Assembly (NCBI GenBank): GCA_046328525.1
Contig: JAXLWK010000005.1
Location: 138,947-202,946, forward strand
Length of the DNA stretch: 64,000 nt
Origin: Anaerolineae bacterium
Lineage (GTDB): Bacteria; Chloroflexota; Anaerolineae; Epilineales; JAHCIE01
Direction: 5' to 3'
Below are positions 26,229-34,972 of the stretch, piece after piece. Under the pieces are notes generated by a model. It was not told the DNA's origin, ran no database searches, and saw only the letters and a list, made by a program, of their open reading frames with translations. The translations under genes and the position numbers were made by a program. Position 1 is the stretch's first letter. Each line of letters opens with the position of its first letter.

Positions 26229-26900
26229 ATGGAGCGTCAACACAGTAGAGAGAGCGGGCCGGGTCTTCGCGTGCTGGTCGTCGAGCCGAGCGAGATTTTC
26301 GTCGTCGGCCTACGTTCTATCCTCGGCGCGCGTGGGATAACAGTGGCCGGCGTAGCCCGCCATCAGGCCGCCGCCGTGGCTCTCGCCGGCTCCGTGGACG
26401 CGGATATCGCCCTCGTGTCGCTTCGACTCGCGGAGGATGAGCAAGGCAGCATTGACCACGCCCACGGGATTACGACTCTGAAAAGGCTGCGGAGTGTCGC
26501 GCCTCAGCTTCGGCTGCTGGCGATGAGCCTGGGAGGCGAGCCGACATGGATCATCGAGGCTGTCCGGGCCGGCGCGAGCGGCTACGTGAGCAAGGATGCG
26601 CCGGTCGAGGACCTGTACCACGCGCTGCTCGAGGTTGCCCACGGTGACGTGGCGTTGCGGCGGGAGCAACTGGCGGCGCTCCTCGCGCCGCGCGCATCCG
26701 TGGACCACGATCTCACGCCCCGGGAGATATGCGTTCTCAAACTGGTAGCCGAAGGTCGGACGAATCATGAAATCGCCGAGACCCTGACGATATCGGTCGG
26801 CACAGCGCGCACCCACGTCAGCAACATCCTGGGCAAGCTCAACGTCAGCACGCGGCGAGAGGTAGCGAAAGCAGCCCGCGAGCTAGGCCTGCTTGGCTGA
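26229..26900 (+). CDS. LuxR/NarL-family response regulator with an aspartate-less receiver domain
   Basis: C-terminal LuxR HTH (LTPREICVLKLVAEGRTNHEIAETLTISVGTARTHVSNILGKL). In the receiver-like N-terminus the acidic pair is E-P (VLVVEPSE) and the phospho-acceptor position is Ser (DIALVSLRL). The conserved Lys is retained (GYVSKD). Confidence 0.8.
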   Translation: MERQHSRESGPGLRVLVVEPSEIFVVGLRSILGARGITVAGVARHQAAAVALAGSVDADIALVSLRLAEDEQGSIDHAHGITTLKRLRSVAPQLRLLAMSLGGEPTWIIEAVRAGASGYVSKDAPVEDLYHALLEVAHGDVALRREQLAALLAPRASVDHDLTPREICVLKLVAEGRTNHEIAETLTISVGTARTHVSNILGKLNVSTRREVAKAARELGLLG

Positions 26901-27088
26901 CGTATGTCACGGCGTAGGCCGGTAGTAAGAGGGCGTACACCTTGACAGAGTGGAATTATCGGCCCGTCTAGCCGATGCGACATGACCGAACGTCGAGTAT
27001 ACTGTTCTTGCATGTTGAGCGCAGCGATACTTGACAGCCAGAACACCGAGTCTGGTTGTCCGCCTCAGATCATCTGAAGGGGAATGGC

Positions 27089-29635
27089 ATGTCTCAAATC
27101 ATCACCGAACGCCGACTCACAACCTTATTCGTCGTCTCGTTCATAATGGTTATGCTGATTCTACTGATTGGCCCGCTACCAGCAATGGCTCAAGGTCCGG
27201 TTGGAAATCCGACGGACGCAGTCGACAAACAGAACGATGATTGGAAGTTGTACAAGGATACAGCGTCAGGTATCGTCTTGAAGTACCCATCGTCCTGGAC
27301 GATGTATCCTGGTGAGTACATCGACTCGTCGTGGCACTTCTACGAAATCAGAATCCAGCAACCGTCCGAAACACAGGACTATTCCGGCATCACAGTTCTG
27401 ATCGAGAAGAATCCACAGAAGCTCGATGTCGACGCCTTCACCCGGCAAGAAGTCTCGCGGCTTACGGACGAAGCCGATGAGACGAAGATCGTCACGGAGA
27501 ACGTCCTGGTTGGAGGAATACCAGCGGTACGAGTTAACCACTCATCTGGCGCCATAACAAGCAGCACGTATATATCGCGCGGTCCCTTCGTCTACCGGTT
27601 CTCTCTTGTCGGTAGTTGCTGCGGAACGGATGGCAAGTCCGACACAGCGGTGATACTTGATAAGGTGCTGGCGACGGTCCAGTTCGAAGATGCTGCGACG
27701 GATTTTATGGTAGCACCCAGTGAGAAAACTCAAAGCTCGCCACAAGTCCAGCCATTCAGAGAATCCTCAACCGCTGCTGCAACTGTATTTACGTATCCAG
27801 TCGCCGGCAGCCGGATCGCGGGCTACGACTATGGTGAGCGGCCGAATAAAGATGGAGCTCCACCCTGCTACACCCCGACGACTTGGAGATCTCTCTATCA
27901 CGATGGCGAAGATTGGATGGGGGCATCGGGTACTGCCGTTCGTGCAGTAGCCGATGGCACCGTAGAGTGGTACGACGCACGGTATGATTATCCAGGTCGT
28001 GTTGTGATCATCAAGCACACCCTACCTGATGGAAGCACAATCTACTCGATGTACGGTCACTTGACGTCTGTGTCTGTTGCTCAAGGACAAAGCGTTGCTA
28101 AAGAGGCAAATATCGGTGCAATGTACAATCAGAGTAGCAACACTCACGTACATTGGGAAATGCGCTACTTTCGTGATGGTTCCAACCTCTGCAGCAATCC
28201 AAATAGCCATCCAGGAGTTCCTGGGCCTGGTTATTCGACCGTGCATCCTGACCAGAAGGGGTACACAAATCCCGGGGCGTTCGTGCGCTCACATTCATCA
28301 GCTGTTCCAGCCGCTCCCAGCAACCTCCGAGCAACGGCGCTTAGCCCAAACGTGGTCCGCCTCGATTGGAACGACAACTCCAACAACGAGACTAGCTTCG
28401 AGGTCTATGACGGAAATACGCGCATTGCTTCTGTAGGCGCTAATACGCCGTCCTACACAGTCGGCGGATTGGCTCCCAACTCCTATCACTGCTATCACCT
28501 CTTTGCCCGCAATGGCTCAGGCGACTCGCCCTGGACCGACTGGGCGTGCATCACAACGCCATCGGGCGGCAGCTCAGATCCCGACGATGGACGGACGCTC
28601 TCCGCTGGGCAGACGCTGTCTGGCACGATCAACCCGGCCGATGATCAGGATATCTATTACTTCGACGGGAATACCAGTCAGTCGGTCTTCATCCGAATGA
28701 ACCGGACGAGCGGCAACCTGGACAGTTACCTGTACTTGTATGCCCCGAATGGCAATTTGGTGACCCAAGACGACGACAGCGGCGGTAACACCAACTCGTT
28801 CATCAACGGGTTCGCGCTACCCCAAAACGGCCGCTATCGCATCGTCGCCCAGAGCTATAATCGGGGCAGTACGGGCGGCTACAATCTAAGCCTCTCGATG
28901 ACAAGCAGCACAAGCGGTGGGCCGTCGGGCTATGCGTACTGCGCCCAGGAAGGGCAACGCTGCAACTTCAGCGGCACGAAGGATGTCGCCTACGGCGCGA
29001 ACGGCCGGTTCAACTACCGCACTGGCGTAAGCGGAGGCATAGACTGCAACAACAATGTCTTCGGCGACCCGATACCCGGTACCACCAAGGCGTGTTACAT
29101 CAAGGATAGCAGCAGCGGGAGCACTGTAAACCTGGCGCGGGGGAAGGCTTCCTGGGCCACGACGAGTGATCGCAACTTCCCGTATCAGTATGGCAACGAC
29201 GGCAATACGGGGACGCGATGGTCATCCGCTGGATCGGGAGCTCAGTGGTTCAAGATAGACCTGGGGTCGGCCCAGCAGTTCAATCAGTTTGTCGTGCGCT
29301 GGGAGACGGCCTACGCTCGCACGTATTATGTGGCGTACTGCGATAACAACTGCACCGTTGACGGCAACTCGAACTGGTACGGATATCAGCGAACATTGAC
29401 CACGCGACAAGACGACGTGTTTAACTGGAGCACCCAATCGCATCGCTATGTCGGTCTCTACATGGTTGATGTGGCCCCAGGTTACGGCAACTTCTCGTTC
29501 TGGGAGTTCGAGGTCTACAATCGAAGCGGAGCCAACGGTCTTGGGAAGCTAGAGCAAGATCTGAAGGGGCTGGAGCCGATGAAGCAGGCGGAGCCAATCC
29601 AGTTGCCAGCTCAGATCGCTTCGCCGCAACCGTAG
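27089..29635 (+). CDS. secreted multidomain M23 (LytM-type) metallopeptidase: unknown N-domain, M23, FN3, PPC, Cys-bracketed module, F5/8 type C (discoidin)
   Basis: Signal/TM anchor. M23 motifs YHDGED (HxxxD) and THVHWE (HxH). FN3 (PSNLRATALSPNVVRLDWND...YHCYHLFARN). A PPC-like domain (GTINPADDQDIYYFDG...YLYLYAPNG). CAQEGQRCNFSGTKDVAYGANG...FGDPIPGTTKACY. A discoidin-like C-terminus (GNDGNTGTRWSS...WFKIDLG...FWEFEVY). Markedly lower G+C than the flanks. Confidence 0.85.
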   Translation: MSQIITERRLTTLFVVSFIMVMLILLIGPLPAMAQGPVGNPTDAVDKQNDDWKLYKDTASGIVLKYPSSWTMYPGEYIDSSWHFYEIRIQQPSETQDYSGITVLIEKNPQKLDVDAFTRQEVSRLTDEADETKIVTENVLVGGIPAVRVNHSSGAITSSTYISRGPFVYRFSLVGSCCGTDGKSDTAVILDKVLATVQFEDAATDFMVAPSEKTQSSPQVQPFRESSTAAATVFTYPVAGSRIAGYDYGERPNKDGAPPCYTPTTWRSLYHDGEDWMGASGTAVRAVADGTVEWYDARYDYPGRVVIIKHTLPDGSTIYSMYGHLTSVSVAQGQSVAKEANIGAMYNQSSNTHVHWEMRYFRDGSNLCSNPNSHPGVPGPGYSTVHPDQKGYTNPGAFVRSHSSAVPAAPSNLRATALSPNVVRLDWNDNSNNETSFEVYDGNTRIASVGANTPSYTVGGLAPNSYHCYHLFARNGSGDSPWTDWACITTPSGGSSDPDDGRTLSAGQTLSGTINPADDQDIYYFDGNTSQSVFIRMNRTSGNLDSYLYLYAPNGNLVTQDDDSGGNTNSFINGFALPQNGRYRIVAQSYNRGSTGGYNLSLSMTSSTSGGPSGYAYCAQEGQRCNFSGTKDVAYGANGRFNYRTGVSGGIDCNNNVFGDPIPGTTKACYIKDSSSGSTVNLARGKASWATTSDRNFPYQYGNDGNTGTRWSSAGSGAQWFKIDLGSAQQFNQFVVRWETAYARTYYVAYCDNNCTVDGNSNWYGYQRTLTTRQDDVFNWSTQSHRYVGLYMVDVAPGYGNFSFWEFEVYNRSGANGLGKLEQDLKGLEPMKQAEPIQLPAQIASPQP

Positions 29636-29674
29636 CTCTTGCAGCGATAGCGTCCGCAGGATACGTGAGTCAGC

Positions 29675-29713
29675 GACGGTGAGGGTCTCCCAGCGACCCT
29701 CACCGTCTTTCTT
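29675..29713 (+). terminator. rho-independent terminator of the M23 gene
   Basis: gacggtgagggtc - tcccagc - gaccctcaccgtc (13-bp perfect stem), followed by TTTCTT. Confidence 0.75.
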
Positions 29714-29738
29714 GCCTTCAATGCGGCCTTTGCCTCTC

Positions 29739-31223
29739 TCAGTTGGTCGGGAACAAGTGGGCGGGGGCGGCGGCTGGCGCCTCGGCCCCCTCGGCGACCT
29801 TGCGGATCATGCCGCTGAAGATCAGGCCGTGGATGGGGTAGAGGGCGTACCAGTAGAGCCAACCCGAAAGGCCTTTCGGCGCGAAGAACGCCGTCTGGCT
29901 CAGCAGCGTCTCGCCGTCGGCCTGCGGCCGCGCCTGGAACTGGAGCCACGCCTGCCCCGGCACCTTCATCTCGGCGCGCAGCCGCAGCAGCCGGTCCGGC
30001 TCCACCGCCTCGACGCGCCAGAAGTCCAGGGCGTCGCCCACGCGCACGTCGTCCGGGTCGCGGCGGCCGCGCCGCATCCCCACGCCGCCGATCAGGCGGT
30101 CGGCCAGGCCGCGCAGCTGCCACGCCCAGTTCATGTACAGCCAGCCCCGCCGCCCGCCCAATCCCGTAAAGGACCGAAACACCCCGTGCGGCGCGGCGGC
30201 GACGAGGCGCTGGCGGTGCTCCATGACCATGCCCTCTTGCGTCGTCAGCGCCACCGGCCGCATGTCGCCCTGGGACGTCATCAGGGCGTCGCTCCACACC
30301 GTCTCCACGTCCCTGGCCTGGAGCTTGGCGAGGGCGGCGCGCACGGCGCTCTCGTAGTCCATCGGGCGGATGGCAGGGAAGATACGGCGGGCGCTGTCGT
30401 CGCGCACGATGACCTCGTTGCGCAGGCCCTCGATGAGCGGCCCGGCGATGGGAGCCGGGATGGGTGTGACGAAGTGCACCCAGTAGGAGGACAGGCGCGG
30501 CGTCAGGACGGGCACGGCGACCAGCCAACGCTTCAGGCCGCGCACCCGCGCGTACCCCGTCATCATCTCGCCGTAGGTCAGCACGTTGGCGCCGCCAATC
30601 TCGATGACCTGGCCGATGCTCGCCGGCGTGTCCAGGGCGGCGACCAGGTAGTCCAGGACGTTGCGCACGGCGATGGGCTGGATGCGCGTGTACACCCAGC
30701 GGGGGCAGATCATCACCGGCACCCGCTCGGTGAGGTAGCGCACCATCTCGAAGGACAGGGAGCCGGAGCCGACGATGACGGCGGCCTGGAACTCGGTCAC
30801 GGGGACGCCGGACTCGCGCAGGGCGTCGCCGGTCTCCTGGCGCGAGCGCAGGTGAGGCGAGAGGGAGGCCGCCGGGTCGCCCAGCCCGCCCAGGTAGATG
30901 ATGCGCCGCACCCCGGCCGCGCGCGCGGCGTGGCCGAAGGCGCGGGCGGCCGCCAGGTCGCGCTCGTGGAAGTCGTGGCCGCCGCCCATGCTATGAATCA
31001 GGTAGTACGCCACGTCTATGCCCTGAAGCGCGGGCGCCAGCGTCTCCGGCGCGAGGACGTCGCCGCGCGCCACCTCGACCCGCCTCAGCCAGTCACGCCC
31101 TTCGAGCCGCGCCGGGTCGCGCACCATGCAGCGCACGGCGTAGCCCGCCTCCAGCAGACGCGGCACGAGTCGGCCGCCAATATAGCCCGTCGCCCCGGTC
31201 ACTAACACTTTCGGCTTGTTCAC
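29739..31223 (-). CDS. NAD(P)-binding SDR/NmrA-like oxidoreductase with a C-terminal DUF2867-like domain
   Basis: VLVTGATGYIGGRLVPRLLEAGY Rossmann motif, followed by a C-terminal ~170-aa domain as seen in SDR-DUF2867 fusions. The first codon is GTG. Confidence 0.8.
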   Translation of the reverse strand: MNKPKVLVTGATGYIGGRLVPRLLEAGYAVRCMVRDPARLEGRDWLRRVEVARGDVLAPETLAPALQGIDVAYYLIHSMGGGHDFHERDLAAARAFGHAARAAGVRRIIYLGGLGDPAASLSPHLRSRQETGDALRESGVPVTEFQAAVIVGSGSLSFEMVRYLTERVPVMICPRWVYTRIQPIAVRNVLDYLVAALDTPASIGQVIEIGGANVLTYGEMMTGYARVRGLKRWLVAVPVLTPRLSSYWVHFVTPIPAPIAGPLIEGLRNEVIVRDDSARRIFPAIRPMDYESAVRAALAKLQARDVETVWSDALMTSQGDMRPVALTTQEGMVMEHRQRLVAAAPHGVFRSFTGLGGRRGWLYMNWAWQLRGLADRLIGGVGMRRGRRDPDDVRVGDALDFWRVEAVEPDRLLRLRAEMKVPGQAWLQFQARPQADGETLLSQTAFFAPKGLSGWLYWYALYPIHGLIFSGMIRKVAEGAEAPAAAPAHLFPTN

Positions 31224-31348
31224 TTTGTGATGCCCTCTCTGTCTGTAACAATGTCACCCTACAGAGAAGGCAATGCGCGCCCGCCTTACCCACGCAGCGT
31301 GGCATTGCTCCTGCTATTGATGTCGGCAATCGGGATTCGTCATCGGAC

Positions 31349-31654
31349 ATGAGAGAGAGCGATGAGTCTCCAGGCGCGGTGCCGCTCACCGAGGCGGCGC
31401 GCGTCGGGCAGGGCATTCCGCGCCAGGAGCACGTCGCGGAGGCCGCGCAGACGGGCCAGTCGGTCGAGGCGGTGGCGAAGGGGCGCGACGGCGAGCGCGC
31501 CGACCAGAAGCCGCAGCCGGGTGGCGCGTCCAACGGTCACACCGCGCAGACCCACGGCAGTTTTAGTCTTAAGAAGGGCGTGAAAATCCTGGGCCTCGGC
31601 GCAGCGGTATTCGCGCTGGAGAAGATCAACGGCCGCCGCCGCTCCACCGAGTAG
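31349..31654 (+). CDS. possible small hypothetical protein (101 aa)
   Basis: The only support is a G/C-rich third-position bias in this frame. There is no convincing SD and no recognisable family. Confidence 0.3.
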   Translation: MRESDESPGAVPLTEAARVGQGIPRQEHVAEAAQTGQSVEAVAKGRDGERADQKPQPGGASNGHTAQTHGSFSLKKGVKILGLGAAVFALEKINGRRRSTE

Positions 31655-31698
31655 GCTGACGGCTAACCGGTAGAACCTCGGCGGTGGGGTGACGTTTG

Positions 31699-32069
31699 GA
31701 TCACGAAAGGCGCGAAAAGAACGCGAAAGGCGCGAAAAACAGCCGCCTGGCGTGTACCTCGCCTGAAAATAAGCCTGGGCTGCGTAGCGCCGACTTGAGT
31801 CGGCATCTGAGGAGCCGACTAAAAGTCGGCGCTACAGGGCTGCGCGACTCTCCCAAAAACAAGCCGGTAACGCAAGGGCGCAAGGACGCAGAGGCGCAAA
31901 GAGAGATTAGTCTTCAGTCTGTTGGCGGCGTTGCGTCTTTGCGCCTTGGCGTTCTCCTTTCGCTCTGGAACCTTCATCGCCGTGACAGCGATTTTCACTC
32001 ATCTGGCGGTGGACGCAAGTTCATAGCTAACTCTCGCGTCTTTCGCGGTCTTTCGTGCCCTTCGTGGTC
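31699..32069. repeat. nested MITE cluster: a CGCGAAAGG-type element split by GCCGACTT...GTCGGC-type and GCGCAAAGG-type elements
   Basis: The left arm is gatcacgaaaggcgcgaaaagaacgcgaaaggcgcgaaaaa (31699-31740). The right arm is cgcgtctttcgcggtctttcgtgcccttcgtggtcc (32034-32069). Inside are gtagcgccgacttgagtcggc...gccgactaaaagtcggcgctac (31784-31835) and gcaagggcgcaaggacgcagaggcgcaaagag...gcgtctttgcgccttggcg (31868-31960). Confidence 0.75.
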
Positions 32070-32101
32070 CGCAGGCCCACGCACCGCATACGTCCTATGA
32101 A

Positions 32102-32149
32102 TGATGACAGCGTCCCTCGACCCGGCTGGGTCGAGGGACGCTATCATCA
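32102..32149. terminator. 22-bp stem hairpin just downstream of tdk
   Basis: tgatgacagcgtccctcgaccc - ggct - gggtcgagggacgctatcatca (one G-U pair). No T-run follows on the minus strand, so it may be a repeat rather than a classical terminator. Confidence 0.45.
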
Positions 32150-32197
32150 TTCCGTGTATTCCGTGTGTTCCGTGGTGAGTTCCCTCGCCGCCTGGCG

Positions 32198-32848
32198 TTA
32201 CGCGCTCGCCGTCTCGGCCTCAGCCGACGCCTCGACAGCCGGCGGGACCTCGTGGCAGTGGCGGCAGCGCGCCTCGTACACCTCCGACGCCCCGACCAGG
32301 ATGACCGGGTCGTTGTAGCGCGCCGGTTGCCCGTCAATGAGGCGCTGGGTGCGGCTGGCGGGTGCGCCGCAGATGACGCAGATCGCCGAGAGCTTGTCCA
32401 CCATCTCGGCCTGGGCCATGAGCAGGGGCATCGGGCCGAACGGTTCGGCGCGGAAGTCCGTGTCCAGCCCGGCCAGGAGGACGCGCTTGCCACTGTCGGC
32501 CAGCTCGTTGCAAACCGGCGCGATCTCCCAGTCGAAGAACTGCACCTCGTCCACGGCGACGACGTCGGTATCCGCGTCCACCAGGGCGAGTATTTCCCGC
32601 GACGACGGGACGGCCACGGCGTCCATCTGCAAGCCGTTGTGGGAGCTGACTTGCAGCTCACCGTAGCGCGTATCGAGGACAGGCTTGAAGACCTGCACCT
32701 TCTGGCGGGCGATCTCGGCGCGCTTGATGCGTCGAATCAGCTCCTCGGTCTTGCCGCTGAACATGCTGCCGCAGATCAGCTCGATCCACCCGTCAATGTG
32801 ACCGTGAGGTTGAGGGGCCACGGCCAGTCTCCTTTCGCGCACGAACAT
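32198..32848 (-). CDS. tdk: thymidine kinase
   Basis: [17 protein letters not shown]-loop, VAVDEVQFF, and a zinc ribbon [13 protein letters not shown]...ARCRHCH. Confidence 0.92.
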   Translation of the reverse strand: MFVRERRLAVAPQPHGHIDGWIELICGSMFSGKTEELIRRIKRAEIARQKVQVFKPVLDTRYGELQVSSHNGLQMDAVAVPSSREILALVDADTDVVAVDEVQFFDWEIAPVCNELADSGKRVLLAGLDTDFRAEPFGPMPLLMAQAEMVDKLSAICVICGAPASRTQRLIDGQPARYNDPVILVGASEVYEARCRHCHEVPPAVEASAEAETASA

Positions 32849-32948
32849 AATGCTAACGCGACCATTATAGTCAGAACGGGGCGGGACGCAAAAAAGCCCT
32901 CTCGGAGCGCAGTGGCTCGGAGAGGGCTTTCGCAGAGTTCGGTGCGGG

Positions 32949-33215
32949 TTACTTCCTGGCCTTGGTGGCTGTCGCGGTGGTCGCGGGCTTCGGCTGGTTG
33001 GCCTTCTGCTCGCGGCGCTCCAGGCGCATCATGAACCGATCCACGCGGCCGGCGGTGTCAACGATGCGCTGCTCGCCGGTGTAGAACGGGTGGCACTGGG
33101 AGCACACGTCCGTGCGGATGGTGGCCTGCGTCGAGCCGACGGTGAACGTGTTCCCACACGCGCAGACGACCTGCGCCTCGGGGTAGTACTTGGGATGAAT
33201 ACCTTGCTTTGGCAT
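32949..33215 (-). CDS. rpmE: 50S ribosomal protein L31 (Zn-ribbon type)
   Basis: [24 protein letters not shown]...[10 protein letters not shown]. Confidence 0.93.
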   Translation of the reverse strand: MPKQGIHPKYYPEAQVVCACGNTFTVGSTQATIRTDVCSQCHPFYTGEQRIVDTAGRVDRFMMRLERREQKANQPKPATTATATKARK

Positions 33216-33227
33216 TAGACTTCTTCC

Positions 33228-33521
33228 TTACGCCTCGCCAACGCTCTCCGTCAGCACCGCGACGGGCGCGACCGGGTACACGCTGATGCGCTGCTTGTAG
33301 CGAGTGACATGCTCAAACTTCACGCGCCCATCTACCTTGGCGAATAGCGTGTAGTCACGACCCTGGCCGACGTTGAGGCCAGGCTCGAACTTGGTGCCGA
33401 GCTGGCGCACGAGGATGCTGCCGGCGCTGACGACCTGGCCGTCGAAGCGCTTGACACCCCGCCGTTGCGAATTGCTGTCGCGACCGTTCTTGCTGCTACC
33501 GCCACCCTTTTTGTGAGCCAT
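33228..33521 (-). CDS. rpmA: 50S ribosomal protein L27
   Basis: [32 protein letters not shown] at 33521; the upstream track extension is not supported. Confidence 0.93.
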   Translation of the reverse strand: MAHKKGGGSSKNGRDSNSQRRGVKRFDGQVVSAGSILVRQLGTKFEPGLNVGQGRDYTLFAKVDGRVKFEHVTRYKQRISVYPVAPVAVLTESVGEA

Positions 33522-33636
33522 GACTCTCTTCTCCTCTCGACCTGTGCAGCAGATGGACGGTGCAAGACCGCCGACTCTTACGCCGGCCGAGTATGCTGAC
33601 GACACGCGGCGTAACGGACGCCGCGCATCCTATGGT

Positions 33637-33960
33637 CTATTCCTGATTCTGGGCGACCGAGATATCGCCGATCTTGAGGCGGGTATAGGTCTGGCGGTGG
33701 CCGGTCTTGCGGCGGTAGCGAATCTTCGGCTTGTAGTCGAAGATGACCAGCTTGGGGCCTTTGACGTTGCCCACGACCGTGGCCGTGACCGTTGCGCCCT
33801 TCACATCGTCGCCCGCCTTGTGGCCGTCGTCGTCCGCGACCAGGAGCACGTCGCCCAGCTCGATCGTCGCGCCTTCCTCGGCGTCCAGCTTCTCCACGTC
33901 CACCACGTCGCCTGGCTTGACCCGGTATTGCTTCCCGCCCGTCTTGATGATTGCGTACAC
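33637..33960 (-). CDS. rplU: 50S ribosomal protein L21
   Basis: VYAIIKTGGKQYRVKPGDVVDVEKL. GTG start at 33960 lies 5 nt after GGGAGG. Confidence 0.92.
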   Translation of the reverse strand: MYAIIKTGGKQYRVKPGDVVDVEKLDAEEGATIELGDVLLVADDDGHKAGDDVKGATVTATVVGNVKGPKLVIFDYKPKIRYRRKTGHRQTYTRLKIGDISVAQNQE

Positions 33961-34089
33961 GTCAACCTCCCGCCGACATTCTATAAGCACGCGAACGGCA
34001 GGGGAAGGCCCCTGCCCGCATTGTGTATCTGGCTTGGACAACGCTTAATTATAGGGTGACACGCCCGCCGGGTCAAATTCCGGTCATCG

Positions 34090-34815
34090 CTATCGCCGCG
34101 GCGAGGGCTTGCGCGCGTACCACGCCACGGCGGCGAGCGCCACGACGGCCAGCGCCGCGAGTAACCCCACGGCCAGGTCGCCGGACACGCTCGGATCCAC
34201 CCGCGCCGCCAGGCTCACGACCGTGTTGGCCGCTCGCGCGCGAAACATGAGTCCCGTCGGCGTGTTCGCCAGGTACACCAGCAGCGCGGCGGCGATGAGA
34301 CACACGCCCAGGGCGGTGAACTGGGGCAGGGCGCTGCGCGGCTCGCGGACCGCGTCGGGGGCCGCGAGGGACTGGCCCGGCGCTCCATAGTTGGCAAACA
34401 GCCGCGCCAGAACATCGGCGTAGTCGCCGTGGACGCGCCAGCGCTGCGTCATAGCATCCCAACGGCGGGCATCGGGCGGAACGCTCGCTCGCAGCGCCGC
34501 CAAGGTCCCGAAAGGATCATGGGCCGAACCCAGGCGGAAGCTAATCCACTCGCCGTCGCGCTCCACATCGAGGAGGCGGGCAGTCGCCTTGAGCCAGGCA
34601 GCGCGGGCGGCGTCGTACTCGGCGCGGCGCTGTGGGTCGCCCAGCACTTCGTACGCCGCGTTGATGGCCTGCATGCGCTCCTTCGCCCCCGGCGCGGGGT
34701 TCACGTCCGGGTGGTAGAGGCGTGCGAGCTGACGGTAGGCGGCCTCGATGATGGCCGTCTCCGCCGTGGGCGACACTTGCAGAACCGCGTAGTAGTCGGG
34801 AGGCGCTGGGGGCAT
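34090..34815 (-). CDS. membrane-anchored J-domain protein
   Basis: DYYAVLQVSPTAETAIIEAAYRQLARLYHPDVNP...INAAYEVLGDPQRRAEYD, with two C-terminal TM helices. Confidence 0.8.
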   Translation of the reverse strand: MPPAPPDYYAVLQVSPTAETAIIEAAYRQLARLYHPDVNPAPGAKERMQAINAAYEVLGDPQRRAEYDAARAAWLKATARLLDVERDGEWISFRLGSAHDPFGTLAALRASVPPDARRWDAMTQRWRVHGDYADVLARLFANYGAPGQSLAAPDAVREPRSALPQFTALGVCLIAAALLVYLANTPTGLMFRARAANTVVSLAARVDPSVSGDLAVGLLAALAVVALAAVAWYARKPSPRR

Positions 34816-34860
34816 GGGGGATATTATAGCCCGAAAGGCAAGCGGCGGATAGCTGCAAGG

Positions 34861-34960
34861 GTAGCTCCATAGTTTAGCGTGGACGAGCCGAATTCACCCC
34901 CCCATCCCCCCGCCGGCGGGGGGAGCAGAGGGGGGTCTCCACGCTATCGTGTAGAGCTAC
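34861..34960. repeat. 100-bp palindromic MITE-like element (GTAGCTCCA...TGTAGAGCTAC), copy 1
   Basis: Internally palindromic around CCCCCCGCCGGCGGGGGG. Flanked by agctgcaagg and cgctgcaagc (8/10 identical). Copy 2, in the opposite orientation, is at 57503-57600. Confidence 0.85.
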
Positions 34961-34972
34961 CGCTGCAAGCTA

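Noticed and set aside
29679-31205. 508-aa plus-strand ORF (also 29611-30528 minus, 35120-36604 plus, 42434-43684 minus, 7049-8386 plus, 50016-52547 plus segments, 53083-54450 minus)
   Set aside because: All overlap genes with clear family signatures in another frame or on the other strand, and all show the Arg/Pro/Gly/His-rich bias of non-coding frames in GC-rich DNA.
31349-31654. The 101-aa ORF in the repeat-rich region as a confident gene
   Set aside because: It is not fully rejected, but it is only weakly supported. It has no SD and no homology I recognise, and it sits in DNA dominated by repeats. It is listed at confidence 0.3 only.
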